Below, piece by piece: positions 19,192 through 30,242 of a DNA stretch of 64,000 nt (positions are counted from its first letter, which is position 1; the number at the start of each line of letters is the position of its first letter). The stretch comes from Deferribacterales bacterium (lineage in GTDB: Bacteria; Chrysiogenota; Deferribacteres; Deferribacterales; Geovibrionaceae). The DNA is taken from positions 160,001 to 224,000 of the forward strand of contig JBFWLW010000002.1 of the NCBI GenBank assembly GCA_050251945.1, written 5' to 3'. Below the pieces are notes generated by a model. The model saw only the letters and a list, made by a program, of their open reading frames with translations. It made no database searches and was not told the DNA's origin. The position numbers and the translations under genes were made by a program.

Positions 19192-21634
19192 CAAAACAAA
19201 AAAACAGAACCTGTATCTGTTTCTGACGGCGATACAGATAATTCTGTTCTTACACTACCTTGTCCAGTCATTCGGTCCTAAACCCGTAAATTATTTTTAT
19301 AATGACTGTGTAACAATATTCTTTAATCCCGAGAAACGCGCAGAACTGATCGGTTATATTGCAAGCGTATGCGTAATTGGAATATTCATACTGACTGTCA
19401 TAATCGCTGAACGACTTTCATGCGGCAAAATGTGCCGTCTCTCATCAGTTTTTTTCAACCGAATATTCAGCTTACAAAACATTAAAGGAACATTAATTTC
19501 GCTATTAGTATTTGTTTTTATACCTTTCGGAATACTCGCAATAGGCATACACCCTTTAATAAAATTTGTAATTCAGACAATTCTTCTGACGGCGATAATC
19601 GGTGCTCCCATAGGGCTGATAAGAAAACTCAGAAAATTTCTCGAAAAAACAGGACTGAAACTTTCAAAAAAACCAAAGATTCTTAATTACATCCTAGCAG
19701 GTATCATATTTATAGGCTTCTTACAGATATTCTCCCTGCTGTACGGCACGATATTCGGCAATCCAAAGATAATTAACGAGTTTTTTACAATTCCGGAAAC
19801 TACCCTGTTGGGTGATAAAGCCATTGATAATACCCAATATTGGAATGAACACTTTCATTCACCCATAACCAATAAAACCGATATAATCACTGACTACGAT
19901 AAAAACTGCATAACAGACAAAAACATAGCAGACAACAGGGTTATGCAGCTTTATTCACGTGAAGGATTCTACTATAACAGGCACACTGGAAAACTCTGCA
20001 TCAACACAGCAGACATGTCATCATTTGCAGTTCTCGCTGAAATAGAGAATATTAACAGAATAACCGCGCATAATGCCGATGAACTGGCAAAACAAAAGGT
20101 ACATATTCCGACAGACGAAGAGAAATATTTCCTGAGTCTGAATAAGTTTGAAACACACTGGCAGATACTCAGCAGATTCATGATACATCACAACAGCTTT
20201 ATATATGTCCCGATAATGGAGCTGTCCCTTGGAAAGAATATTGAAGGAATTAATGCGCAATATGGTCTTGGAGCAACACAGTTTTTTGAAAAAATCCTTT
20301 CAGGACTCGACAGCATCTCCTTAGACAGCATACTTAAAATGTCTTACCTGTTTTACTACGTTTATTTTATTATGCTTGGTATAGCATTGTACATAATGAC
20401 AAAAAGCCTGGCGTGGACATCTTTTCTGTTCATTGCGGCTGTCACGGCGTTTAACCTTCGCGGTTATGATTTCAGGATTCTTCCACCCGGTGATGCGGCG
20501 TGGAGGCACCTGTTCGATGTCACGGTGATGATGCTTTTATACATCTACGCAAAAAAAGATAACTTGTTATTTCTCGCTTCTGCGCTTCTGCTTTCTGTTG
20601 TTTCAGTATGGCTCAATCCGCAAATAGGTCTGATGATACTTACGGCATCCGTAATCTCAGCAGTATTTTTCGCAATCTTTGAAAAAAGGCACATCATTTA
20701 TAGTTTTATTCTTTCCGGCGCGGCTCTGGCGTCTGGTTTAAAACTTTATACAGCATGTTCCGCTTCAAACGATCTTGCTGAATATTATCTGGACGGAGTA
20801 ATAGGATTCAGAATGCCGTTTAAATTCATGCTTGTTCTTTTTGCAGTATTCATCATCGGCTATCTGTTGATTAAAAATATTATGAAACGTTTCCCGAAAG
20901 AAGTTTATCTTCACTATATTTTCATCGCTGTTTACGTTCAGGAACTTTTTGTTTATGTGGCATGGCACTTCAATCCGGACGGGCTGCTGTCCAGATTTTA
21001 TTTTTATATTCTGCTTCTGCTTATCTTAAAACCATATATCAGCAACTTCCCTGCGAACAAAAGGAGAAAGACCGCTGTATACGCTTTTTCGGCTGTTCTG
21101 GGACTATACGCTTTGAGCGCATTGTATGTTAATCTGTCTAAGTACAGATATGAGAAGATATTTACCACTCACAAAACATACGAATGGAACATGGAAAGGG
21201 CGAAAATAACCTCCACCATGAATCCAGAATACTTCCAGAACGGAGTTGACCTTATAAAAAAATACTCCGACGTGGCAAAAGGGATATACATTGTTTCCGA
21301 GTTTGACAACATATTACCTTTTCTCTCTGACAAATACAGCCTTATGCCCTTTTTCGATTTGAAATGGTACCATATAACGCCGAAAGAACTTAATAAGTCT
21401 GTCTCCACACTTAAAGATAAAAGACCGGAATATATATTTGTCGACACCGGCTACGACCGTAATCTGAACAATGAAATAATTGATCCGGATTTTCCAGGAT
21501 ACAAATATATCAGTGAAGAATCGGTATGGCGTGTACAAAGACTGAATTTGCTCTATTCTGTTTTCAGTTCGGTGGAACAAGACTACCAACTCGTTGAAAA
21601 GGGAGCGTTGATCTCCGTTTACAAAAGGAAATAA
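19184..21634 (+). CDS. Large polytopic membrane protein, probable GT-C-type transferase
   Basis: Many hydrophobic helices with a large soluble loop and C-terminal soluble domain; follows gtrA/gtrB-like genes. Confidence 0.55.
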   Translation: MFDKTKKQNLYLFLTAIQIILFLHYLVQSFGPKPVNYFYNDCVTIFFNPEKRAELIGYIASVCVIGIFILTVIIAERLSCGKMCRLSSVFFNRIFSLQNIKGTLISLLVFVFIPFGILAIGIHPLIKFVIQTILLTAIIGAPIGLIRKLRKFLEKTGLKLSKKPKILNYILAGIIFIGFLQIFSLLYGTIFGNPKIINEFFTIPETTLLGDKAIDNTQYWNEHFHSPITNKTDIITDYDKNCITDKNIADNRVMQLYSREGFYYNRHTGKLCINTADMSSFAVLAEIENINRITAHNADELAKQKVHIPTDEEKYFLSLNKFETHWQILSRFMIHHNSFIYVPIMELSLGKNIEGINAQYGLGATQFFEKILSGLDSISLDSILKMSYLFYYVYFIMLGIALYIMTKSLAWTSFLFIAAVTAFNLRGYDFRILPPGDAAWRHLFDVTVMMLLYIYAKKDNLLFLASALLLSVVSVWLNPQIGLMILTASVISAVFFAIFEKRHIIYSFILSGAALASGLKLYTACSASNDLAEYYLDGVIGFRMPFKFMLVLFAVFIIGYLLIKNIMKRFPKEVYLHYIFIAVYVQELFVYVAWHFNPDGLLSRFYFYILLLLILKPYISNFPANKRRKTAVYAFSAVLGLYALSALYVNLSKYRYEKIFTTHKTYEWNMERAKITSTMNPEYFQNGVDLIKKYSDVAKGIYIVSEFDNILPFLSDKYSLMPFFDLKWYHITPKELNKSVSTLKDKRPEYIFVDTGYDRNLNNEIIDPDFPGYKYISEESVWRVQRLNLLYSVFSSVEQDYQLVEKGALISVYKRK

Positions 21635-21644
21635 GGACAGGCGG

Positions 21645-23135
21645 ATGCGTTTTCTTAAAAACCTGATGTACAGTTATTTTGCAATAGTCGTCGGCTTTGT
21701 TTCAAGCATTGTCAGCGTGCCTGTCATCATCAGTCAGTTCGGAAATGAACTTTTCAGCTTCTGGAGCATGGTATTCGGCATCAGCCTGTACATCACTACA
21801 GCCTCTTTCGGAGTACCATCCGCGGCAAATGTTGCTGTTGCTGGTTTGAACACTACCGAAGCTGTAAAACGATCTATCAGAAGCGCGTTCATTTTTTTGG
21901 TCATCATTGCCGCGGGGCTTGCCATCTGCGGACTTGCCTATATAATCATTGACCCGGACTGGATACACCTTTTCGGAAACATGTCCGGGGGAAATATACC
22001 TGTCCTGAAGGCTTCTGCCATCATCCTGATTCTACTGTCTCTCATCAGACTTCCTTTCACACTGTTCCAGCAGCTTTTCATAGCATTCAACCTCGTGTAC
22101 GTTGAGCGCAGTTATCAGATGCTTCTTGCAGGTCTGATCCTGCTTATGTACCTGCTGACATACGTTTTCCACGTCAGTTTCCTGTCTTTTGCGGTTATGG
22201 TCGGCGCGGCAGGAGTAATAACAAGCCTTGCCGCATGTTATCATCTTTTGAAATACATAGGCGCTATGCCAAAAAATCCTTATGTCTACGAAGAGCATGT
22301 AACGTTAAAGGATATAGTACGTCAAAGCGTTCCGTTCTTTCAGATAGGCATCGCACAGGCGATAACATGGAACTGCGGAACTTTCGTAATAAGTCACATG
22401 ATGGATGCAGCGACTGCTGCGCCTTTTGTTGTGGCTATGAAATTCGTGATCTTTGCGGTCTATACGTTTTTAATAGTTAATAATATTTTCTTTCCGTTAT
22501 ACAGCCGTGCATACGCAGCAGGCGACATGGCAACTGTAAACAGATTCTACGGCTATGCACTCTCCTTTCTGCCTGCAGCCGGAGGACTTATCTGGATCGG
22601 CGCTTTGTTCTTCTATAAAGACATAGCAATCATCTGGACAGGCTCAAAAGAGATATACACAGGTCCTCTGATGATGCTGTTTCTCGGCGGATTCATGTAT
22701 TTTCTGGCATTTTCAAATTCGCACAATATCCTTTTGCAGACGATAAAAGCGTCAAAGATATCCGCGTGGGTGACATGGACAGAAGCCTCTGTATGTCTTG
22801 CTGTTTCTGTTTTACTCGTGAATCTGATAGGTGTTGAAGGACCGGCGGCTGGAGTTTTCACCGCAACTTTTTTAACTTCTGTTTTCATCCTTCCGAAGCA
22901 GATTAAAAGCTACACAGACGGAAAGGTTTGCTTTGACTATATGATACACCTGCGCCACTTCGTTATGGTTCTTGCGCCATGTCTTCTCGTGGGATTTTTT
23001 GCGGCTGACAGGCTGGGGCTAGCAATGCGTATACTCCTGTTCATGTTCACATGTTCGGTCTATATGTCACTGACTGCTTTCATATTGCCTAAGGGTACTC
23101 TATCTGATATAATTCAGCTCAAATGGAAGAGATGA
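21645..23135 (+). CDS. wzx: Wzx-like oligosaccharide flippase
   Basis: 496 aa, about 12-14 hydrophobic segments, polysaccharide-locus context. Confidence 0.75.
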   Translation: MRFLKNLMYSYFAIVVGFVSSIVSVPVIISQFGNELFSFWSMVFGISLYITTASFGVPSAANVAVAGLNTTEAVKRSIRSAFIFLVIIAAGLAICGLAYIIIDPDWIHLFGNMSGGNIPVLKASAIILILLSLIRLPFTLFQQLFIAFNLVYVERSYQMLLAGLILLMYLLTYVFHVSFLSFAVMVGAAGVITSLAACYHLLKYIGAMPKNPYVYEEHVTLKDIVRQSVPFFQIGIAQAITWNCGTFVISHMMDAATAAPFVVAMKFVIFAVYTFLIVNNIFFPLYSRAYAAGDMATVNRFYGYALSFLPAAGGLIWIGALFFYKDIAIIWTGSKEIYTGPLMMLFLGGFMYFLAFSNSHNILLQTIKASKISAWVTWTEASVCLAVSVLLVNLIGVEGPAAGVFTATFLTSVFILPKQIKSYTDGKVCFDYMIHLRHFVMVLAPCLLVGFFAADRLGLAMRILLFMFTCSVYMSLTAFILPKGTLSDIIQLKWKR

Positions 23136-24154
23136 TGAAACACACACCGCTGGTTTGTATATGTATACCGTCATACAATAGCGAATCCACCATCTCAGAT
23201 ACTCTTAATTCGCTGATATCGCAAACTTATAAGAACATCATAATAAAGGTAATGGATAATGCCTCAACAGACGGCACAGCCGATATTGTGCGTTCTTTTA
23301 TTAAAGATAACCCGAATATTCAGCTTCATATAAACGAAAAAAACATCGGCGGTGAAGCAAATTTCTCCCGTTGCATTCAAAACGGAGAAGGTGAATTTAC
23401 GGCAATTTTTCATGCAGATGATGTGTATCATGTGGAGATGATTGAAAAACAGGTGGAAACACTGAACAAATTTGACGTGTCGGCTGTCATGACAAACGCG
23501 GCATACATAGACAGTGAAGGTAATGTTATAGGACACAGACTTTTTCCAACGGAATTAAAAGGTGTGGGTCCATTTATCCTGGATACCTCTGATATGATTA
23601 AACTGCTTGTAAGATATGGAAATTTTTTTGTGTGTCCCAGTTGTATGGGACGTACGGAAATTTATAAAAACAGTATAAAGGAATGGAGAGGTCCTATGTT
23701 TTCGATAGCTGCAGACCTTGACGTATGGCTTCGTTTTGCAGGGAACGGAAAGCTTGCCCTAATGAAAGAGGAACTCATTTTTTATCGCCGTTCAACAGCC
23801 AGCTACTCCTATAACCTTATACTGAACAGAACTGAAGTTCAGCCTATATTCAAGGTCATTGACTATCATATGGAGAAATGCCGTGACAGTTTGTCAAAAT
23901 CAGATATGGATTATTACGAATTCCTTAAATTCAAAGATGAAGTGAACGTGACTATCAACCATATACTCAAAGGCAGCCATAACCGCAGTATCAATCTTGG
24001 TGTGTTGCGACCTGTTATAATGAAAATCGGCTTCAGTTCAAAACACCACTTAAAGCTGTATGCAGTGGGCGTGATAACCTCTGTTCTGGTGCGGTTCAAA
24101 AGACTTCCGCAGTTCCTTCGGAACATGATAATAAAACAAAGATGCAAAGCATGA
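23123..24154 (+). CDS. Glycosyltransferase family 2
   Basis: IPSYN, DNASTD and HADD motifs (start may be 23132/23135). Confidence 0.9.
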   Translation: MEEMMKHTPLVCICIPSYNSESTISDTLNSLISQTYKNIIIKVMDNASTDGTADIVRSFIKDNPNIQLHINEKNIGGEANFSRCIQNGEGEFTAIFHADDVYHVEMIEKQVETLNKFDVSAVMTNAAYIDSEGNVIGHRLFPTELKGVGPFILDTSDMIKLLVRYGNFFVCPSCMGRTEIYKNSIKEWRGPMFSIAADLDVWLRFAGNGKLALMKEELIFYRRSTASYSYNLILNRTEVQPIFKVIDYHMEKCRDSLSKSDMDYYEFLKFKDEVNVTINHILKGSHNRSINLGVLRPVIMKIGFSSKHHLKLYAVGVITSVLVRFKRLPQFLRNMIIKQRCKA

Positions 24155-25275
24155 AAAAAATAGTTTTCTCGACAAACTCCTCTTTCAGTCTGGTTAAATT
24201 CAGATACGGAATAATGAAGCGTCTATGCGACATGGGTCACGAGGTTCACGCCGTTATCCCAGTTGAAGGACTTGAGGAAGAGCTCGAAAAGATAGGTGTT
24301 AAGGTTCATCCGCTGGGTATGGACAGCAACGGGATTAATCCGCTGAAAGATATTGTATATTTCATACGTCTGATAATCATTTTCTTTAAAATAAAACCGA
24401 ATGTAGTTTTCAATTATACTGCGAAATCAACGATTTACGGCACAGTTGCGGCAAAGATAGCAGGTTCCGTGTCCATACCGGTTCTGCCGGGACTGGGCTA
24501 TTCCTTCAGCGGACGCAGGCTTGAATACATTCTGCGTAAAATGTACTCTTTTGCTTTTATGTTCGCTGATCAGGTCTGGTTCATAAACAACGACGACCAC
24601 AAACTTTTCGTCAGTAAAAACATATTACCCGGAAATAAGAAAGTGCTTGTTCTGCCCGGCGAAGGTGTAAACACGACAACCTTTGCTCCAATGGAGATAC
24701 CGAAACATAAACCTTTCACATTCCTGCTTATCGCAAGGCTTATCTGGGACAAAGGTGTCGGCGAATACGCAAAAGCTGCGGCAATAATAAAAAAAGAGAT
24801 ACCGGACACCCGCTTCACACTCATAGGTCAGCTCGCCGGAAATAATCCTAATGCAGTGGATGAAGCGAGTCTCAACGGTTGGGTATCGGAAGGGACAATT
24901 GAATATCTCGGTACGTTCAACGACGTGCGCAAATATATCGCCGAAAGCGAGTGCGTGGTTCTGCCAACTTATTACAGAGAGGGCAAACCAATGGTGCTGA
25001 TGGAAGCCTGCTCAATGGCGGTGCCTGTGATAGCTACCCGCATGGTGGGCTGCAAAGATATTGTTGAAGACGGAAAGAACGGTCTGATGTGCGACCCCAA
25101 GGATGTTGAAGGTCTGGTTTCGGCTATGAAAAAGATGATAGCCATGACGCAGGATGAAAGGAAAAAAATGGGCATGACAGGTCGCCGAATGATATTGGAG
25201 CAGTTTGATGAAAATATAATTATTGACATTTATCTCAATGAGATGAGAAAAATGCCAAACATGAACGATTTCTGA
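24142..25275 (+). CDS. Glycosyltransferase family 4
   Basis: ARLIWDKG and REGKPMVLMEA (EX7E) motifs. Confidence 0.9.
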   Translation: MQSMKKIVFSTNSSFSLVKFRYGIMKRLCDMGHEVHAVIPVEGLEEELEKIGVKVHPLGMDSNGINPLKDIVYFIRLIIIFFKIKPNVVFNYTAKSTIYGTVAAKIAGSVSIPVLPGLGYSFSGRRLEYILRKMYSFAFMFADQVWFINNDDHKLFVSKNILPGNKKVLVLPGEGVNTTTFAPMEIPKHKPFTFLLIARLIWDKGVGEYAKAAAIIKKEIPDTRFTLIGQLAGNNPNAVDEASLNGWVSEGTIEYLGTFNDVRKYIAESECVVLPTYYREGKPMVLMEACSMAVPVIATRMVGCKDIVEDGKNGLMCDPKDVEGLVSAMKKMIAMTQDERKKMGMTGRRMILEQFDENIIIDIYLNEMRKMPNMNDF

Positions 25276-25348
25276 GCTTTCGCTCAACAATTGGGTTGAA
25301 GCTTTTAAATAATTATTGAATAATAACAGAAAAACAGAAGGGATTCTT

Positions 25349-26125
25349 ATGAAAGTAGTTATTCTTGCGGGCGGTTTCGGAACAAGGCTAAGCGAAGAAA
25401 CCGACATCAAACCAAAGCCCATGGTGGAAATAGGCGGAAAACCTATCCTCTGGCACATAATGAAGATATACTCCAGCTTCGGTTTTAACGAGTTCGTCAT
25501 CTGTCTCGGCTATAAAGGCTATACGATCAAGGAATATTTCGCGCATTACTTTATCCATAACTCCGACGTGACTTTCGACTTTTCAAACAATAACGAAAGG
25601 ATAATCCACACCCATAACGCCGAGCCATGGAAAGTGACACTGGTTGACACCGGAATAAACACCATGACAGGCGGCAGGGTAAAAAGAGTTCAACCTTACA
25701 TAGGCGATGAACCTTTCATGCTGACGTACGGCGACGGTGTTGCAGATATTGATATTAACGAGGTTATCAAATTCCACAAATCTCACGGAAAAGCAATAAC
25801 CATGTCCTCTTCCCAGCCGGACGGCAGATTCGGAGCAATTGACATAGAGGACAATAAAGTAACCAGTTTTCTTGAAAAGCCCAAAGGCGACGGCACATGG
25901 ATAAATATCGGATTTTTTATATGTGAGCCAAAGGTCTTTGATTACATCAAAGACGGAGACGCAACCATATTTGAGAAAGCGCCGCTTGAACATCTTGCAA
26001 AAGACGAAGAAATGTATGCATATAAACACAGAGGCTTCTGGAAGCCGATGGATACACTGCGCGACAAAATTGAGCTGCAAAGGCTATGGGACACGGGCAC
26101 AGCTCCGTGGAAACTCTGGAAATAA
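25349..26125 (+). CDS. rfbF: Glucose-1-phosphate cytidylyltransferase
   Basis: LAGGFGTRLSEET, KPMVEIG, TYGDG and MDTLRDK motifs. Confidence 0.95.
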   Translation: MKVVILAGGFGTRLSEETDIKPKPMVEIGGKPILWHIMKIYSSFGFNEFVICLGYKGYTIKEYFAHYFIHNSDVTFDFSNNNERIIHTHNAEPWKVTLVDTGINTMTGGRVKRVQPYIGDEPFMLTYGDGVADIDINEVIKFHKSHGKAITMSSSQPDGRFGAIDIEDNKVTSFLEKPKGDGTWINIGFFICEPKVFDYIKDGDATIFEKAPLEHLAKDEEMYAYKHRGFWKPMDTLRDKIELQRLWDTGTAPWKLWK

Positions 26126-26593
26126 TTAACCGATAAAAGCTGTTATCTCATCCCTGAGGTGGGATATCAGCTTAGGGATGCCTGCTTCAACCTGCGGGGT
26201 AAGGGTCATATCCATCTCTATGGAACCGGTCTGTATACCGTAAAGAACAACCTCTTTCGGACGCACGCCCATCAGTTCCGCGGTGGCAAGCATATCTTTC
26301 ATACCCATCTGGTGCGCGGAGAGTCTGTTTTCAAAAACAGCGTCAATGTCGTCACCGTCAACCTTAACGACAGTTCCCGGCTCCATGCCGAAATCCACAG
26401 CATCAGCAATAATAAGCCTGTCCGACCATTCGATATAAACGAGAAGGTCAAGTCCGAGCGTTCCGCCGTCCATAACTCTGAGAGTATCGGTTGAAGGAAA
26501 CTCTTTCATGAGTTCCTGCGCGGCAAGTACGCCCGCAGCGTCGTCGTTCATCACAAGGTTGCCTATACCAAGTACCAGCAGTTTCATGATCAC
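26126..26593 (-). CDS. Hydrogenase maturation protease (HyaD/HybD family)
   Basis: LGIGNLVMNDDAAG, DGGT, DAV and SAHQ motifs. Confidence 0.9.
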   Translation of the reverse strand: MIMKLLVLGIGNLVMNDDAAGVLAAQELMKEFPSTDTLRVMDGGTLGLDLLVYIEWSDRLIIADAVDFGMEPGTVVKVDGDDIDAVFENRLSAHQMGMKDMLATAELMGVRPKEVVLYGIQTGSIEMDMTLTPQVEAGIPKLISHLRDEITAFIG

Positions 26594-27069
26594 TCCTTAA
26601 TAACTATGGCTGTCGCAAGGGCAGCGATGCCCTCTTCCCTGCCTGTAAAGCCCATTCTTTCCGTGGTGGTTGCCTTAATGGTCACATCCTCCACGCTCAG
26701 CCCCATCACATCCGCAACTGTTTTACGCATGAGCGGTATATGCGGAGCCATCTTAGGTTTCTGCGCTATTATCTCCGCATCGACATTAGATATCTCAAAC
26801 CCTGCCAGCCGGATCATCTCCACGGCTTTTGCAAGGAGTATCTTAGAGTCTATGCCTTTGTATGCAATGTCGGTGTCCGGAAACAGATTTCCTATGTCTC
26901 TGCCCAGTGACGGTCCCGCCACGGCATCCACAATAGCGTGTATCAGGACGTCGGCATCGCTGTGACCGTCCAGTCCGAGATCAAAGTCTATCTCAACCCC
27001 GCCTATGACCAGTCTGCGCCCTCTTGCGAACCTGTGTGCATCAAAACCGATTCCGCTTTTTATCTTCAT
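26590..27069 (-). CDS. ispF: 2-C-methyl-D-erythritol 2,4-cyclodiphosphate synthase
   Basis: GFDAH, HSDADV and KATTTE motifs. Confidence 0.95.
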   Translation of the reverse strand: MKIKSGIGFDAHRFARGRRLVIGGVEIDFDLGLDGHSDADVLIHAIVDAVAGPSLGRDIGNLFPDTDIAYKGIDSKILLAKAVEMIRLAGFEISNVDAEIIAQKPKMAPHIPLMRKTVADVMGLSVEDVTIKATTTERMGFTGREEGIAALATAIVIKE

Positions 27070-27172
27070 TCTGAATCCCCTGTAACATTCTATACATTTT
27101 GTCAGAATTTTAAAACATTTTATGTTGATTTAGTCCTTCACATAGATAATATTGGTCATCGGGGGATGATTT

Positions 27173-29140
27173 ATGCAGATACCGATTTTAGCTGATATCA
27201 CGACTATTTTTCTGTTCGCGGCTGTGGCGCTCTTTATTTGCGGGAAACTGAAAATACCTGAAATTATGGGGTATCTTCTCGCGGGCGTACTTGTCGGACC
27301 CAACGGACTGGGGCTGATCCACGCTGTCAAACAGGTTGATATTATGGCGGAGATTGGCGTTGTCCTGCTCCTTTTCACTATAGGAATAGAATTTTCGCTT
27401 TCAACGCTTCTCTCGCTCAAGCGCCCTGCACTCATAGGCGGAAGCTTACAGGTTGCCGGATGCGTCGCCGCGTTCACAGGGGCGGCATATCTTGGAGGTT
27501 ACCAGCTTAACACAGCAGTGGTCATCGGTATGATGGCGGCGGTTTCAGGTACGGCGATCATGCTTAAGGTTTTTGCCGCAAGGGGCGAGGTGGACTCGCT
27601 TTACGGGCGTATATCTCTTGCCGTGTCGATATTTCAGGACATCGCGGTCATTCCCATGATGCTCCTTGTTCCTCTTCTTGCGGGACAGGGCGGCGACATA
27701 TCTGACGTCGGCATAATTCTCGGCAAAGCTGTCATAGTTGTTGTCCTGCTCTTTACATTCGCCAGATTTCTGGTGCCGAAGCTCCTTTACCAGGTTGCTG
27801 CCACCAGAAGCCGCGAGCTTTTCATGATAACCGTGGTTCTTGTCTGTCTGCTCGTTGCGTGGATGACATCCAAAACGGGGCTTTCCCTCGCGCTGGGTGC
27901 ATTTCTTGCAGGTATAGTGGTCAGTGAATCCGGATACGGTCAGCAGGCTCTTGGGGACATAATCCCTTTCAAGGATGTTTTCGCAGGCTTCTTCTTCGTG
28001 TCAATAGGCATGCTGCTGGATCCGTCTGTTGTTATAAACAATCCCGTGATGACCATATCAAGTCTTATACTACTGATACTTATAAAATTTGCCGTAACAG
28101 GCTTCGTTGTGAACGTAATAGGCTATCCGGTGCGGACATCTGTGCTTGCAGGTCTTTCTCTGGCGCAGGTGAGCGAATTCTCATTCATTCTGGGCGCAGT
28201 CGGTGCGACATCCGGTCTGCTCACATCCGACCAGTATTCGTTCTTCATAGCCGTCACGGTGCTTTCTATGGCATCAACACCGTTCCTAATAATATCAGCA
28301 CCTCATGTGGCTGAAATGATCGAAAGGCTGCCGATGCCGCGTGCCTTCCGCGGCGGGTATCTCTCAGAGGAACAGAAAGAACCTGAAAAGGAATTCATCG
28401 ACCACATCATCATCGCCGGTTTCGGCATGAACGGGCGCAACACAGCCAGAGCCGCAAGGGAAGTTGATATCGAATATATTGTTATTGAAATGAATCCGGA
28501 TACAGTTAAAAAAGAAAAACATAACGGCACACCGATATTTTTCGGTGATGCGTCACAGACGGCTGTTCTTGAACACGCATTCCTTAAAACAGCAAGGGTT
28601 ATGGTGATAACCCTGCCGGATCCTGTCGGAGTGCGTAAAATTGTAGAAACGGCAAGACGTGAAAACCCGACGATATACATAATTGCGCGCACAAGATACC
28701 TGACAGAATACTACGCTCTTAAATCTCTGGGAGCCAACGAAATAGTTGTTGAAGAATATGAAACGTCAATCGAAACCTTCTCGCGTGTACTGAAGAAATA
28801 CAGGATACCGCGCGAACAGATAGAGGATATAGCAAACAATATCCGTACTGAGATAATGGGCAAACCGGGGGAAATGATAACTGGCGGGCTGGACGGCTCA
28901 ATGAGTATAGCGAACATGAACGTCAGCAACGTAACCATCCCTGTCGGCTCAACTATCGCCGGAAAGACTGTGCGCGAGGTGGATATCCGCTTCCGCTATA
29001 AACTCAATCTGCTGGCTGTTAACCGCGGCATGGACACCATATCAAACCCCGGAAGCGATTTTGTTCTGAACGAAAGAGACGAGCTTATGCTCATGGGTGA
29101 GGAGAAGGATACTGACAACTTTAAGCAGAGCATAGGCTAG
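27173..29140 (+). CDS. CPA2-family cation:proton antiporter (KefB/KefC-like) with TrkA-N and TrkA-C domains
   Basis: IFQD and LGAFLAG motifs, AGFGMNG RCK domain, C-terminal RCK-C domain. Confidence 0.9.
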   Translation: MQIPILADITTIFLFAAVALFICGKLKIPEIMGYLLAGVLVGPNGLGLIHAVKQVDIMAEIGVVLLLFTIGIEFSLSTLLSLKRPALIGGSLQVAGCVAAFTGAAYLGGYQLNTAVVIGMMAAVSGTAIMLKVFAARGEVDSLYGRISLAVSIFQDIAVIPMMLLVPLLAGQGGDISDVGIILGKAVIVVVLLFTFARFLVPKLLYQVAATRSRELFMITVVLVCLLVAWMTSKTGLSLALGAFLAGIVVSESGYGQQALGDIIPFKDVFAGFFFVSIGMLLDPSVVINNPVMTISSLILLILIKFAVTGFVVNVIGYPVRTSVLAGLSLAQVSEFSFILGAVGATSGLLTSDQYSFFIAVTVLSMASTPFLIISAPHVAEMIERLPMPRAFRGGYLSEEQKEPEKEFIDHIIIAGFGMNGRNTARAAREVDIEYIVIEMNPDTVKKEKHNGTPIFFGDASQTAVLEHAFLKTARVMVITLPDPVGVRKIVETARRENPTIYIIARTRYLTEYYALKSLGANEIVVEEYETSIETFSRVLKKYRIPREQIEDIANNIRTEIMGKPGEMITGGLDGSMSIANMNVSNVTIPVGSTIAGKTVREVDIRFRYKLNLLAVNRGMDTISNPGSDFVLNERDELMLMGEEKDTDNFKQSIG

Positions 29141-29189
29141 GCATAAGTCAGAAGAATTTCCGGTATAGTATATTAGTGCCGAAGTGAGC

Positions 29190-29263
29190 AGATCGCCGCG
29201 TCGCTACCGCTTCCGGCTAAGACGAAAAAGACATACGTTTCTGCGAACTGAGTGAAGCAGTCT
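29190..29263. repeat. REP-like inverted doublet (degenerate)
   Basis: agatcgccgcgtcgc...aagac followed by gtttctgcga...gaagcagtct. Confidence 0.6.
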
Positions 29264-29337
29264 CGTATTTACATATGCAACATGATCATGAATAAAGGAT
29301 AAGGGTGAATCCCGCAGAGCGGAGACTTTATAATGAA

Positions 29338-29466
29338 GATTTCAGGATGAAATCCGCGGAGCTAACGAAGACGGCTTTAGCAGGCTGAGAGAGCAGAGCG
29401 TGAGCGGAATGAAGCTTTTGCTGAATGGAGCGTTGGCATTTTATTTTCATGGACGGAAATAAAATG
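29338..29466 (-). repeat. Structured repeat, CATCC-loop family, copy 2
   Basis: Minus strand reads hairpin(cgtccatg loop)-ccaacgctcc...cgctcacg...gatttcatcctgaaatc, same order as copies 1 and 3. Confidence 0.6.
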
Positions 29467-29478
29467 AATAATAGAATA

Positions 29479-29709
29479 TTATTTATTGTGCTGTTTGAAG
29501 AAATCGACAAGGGAGACGAGGTTTTCTTTTTTGACAGCCTGAAGATTCTCTTCCTTAATGGCTTCGTAAACCTCTTTTCTATGCACACTGACATCTTTAG
29601 GCGCTTCTATGCCTATCTTGACATTTCGCCCTGCGACCTCGACAATGGTTACTTCGATATTGTCGCCGATGATTATGCTTTCGTTTATCTTCCTTGATAA
29701 TACAAGCAT
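29479..29709 (-). CDS. csrA: Carbon storage regulator CsrA
   Basis: MLVLSRK...[17 protein letters not shown]. Confidence 0.95.
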   Translation of the reverse strand: MLVLSRKINESIIIGDNIEVTIVEVAGRNVKIGIEAPKDVSVHRKEVYEAIKEENLQAVKKENLVSLVDFFKQHNK

Positions 29710-29724
29710 CTGCCTTCCTGTGGT

Positions 29725-30159
29725 TTATTTATTGAACATCGGGGTCTTGATCTGCCACTTATCTTCTTCCAGAATGACCTGCTTTGCAAGTTTTTTCTCT
29801 GAGTTCATTACCAGCGGCGCCCTGAGGTTCATGGTGGCGTTTTTAGGCTGGTCGGGAACAACGACAATGCAGAACAGTTTCAGCTTGCCCTCATCTTCCG
29901 CCCCAAGAATTTTAAGCTCGCGTTTATTCAGTCTGGGTGTGTACTCCTGAACAAAAAGCTCCGGTTCAACAAGGATGAAACAAATATCCTTGTCCTGAAC
30001 CGACTGGAACCAAAGGAAAGGATAAGACTTTTCGTTCGAGATAAGAATAAAATCGTTCAGGTCGGGAAAGCCCAGCATAGGGGACGACAATGTGATTATA
30101 TCGTTCTCCGTGAAGGAAATTTCCCCCAGCTTACCGGATACTATCTTTCTGGTTTCCAT
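29725..30159 (-). CDS. fliW: Flagellar assembly factor FliW
   Basis: LGFP, FLWFQS and NLRAPLVMN motifs; adjacent to csrA. Confidence 0.9.
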   Translation of the reverse strand: METRKIVSGKLGEISFTENDIITLSSPMLGFPDLNDFILISNEKSYPFLWFQSVQDKDICFILVEPELFVQEYTPRLNKRELKILGAEDEGKLKLFCIVVVPDQPKNATMNLRAPLVMNSEKKLAKQVILEEDKWQIKTPMFNK

Positions 30160-30242
30160 TGTATCCTCACATATATTGACAGAATTTGCACCCATGAAAT
30201 TCTCCTGTGTTCTGTTAGCATCTTATATCTAATCGGCACTTT

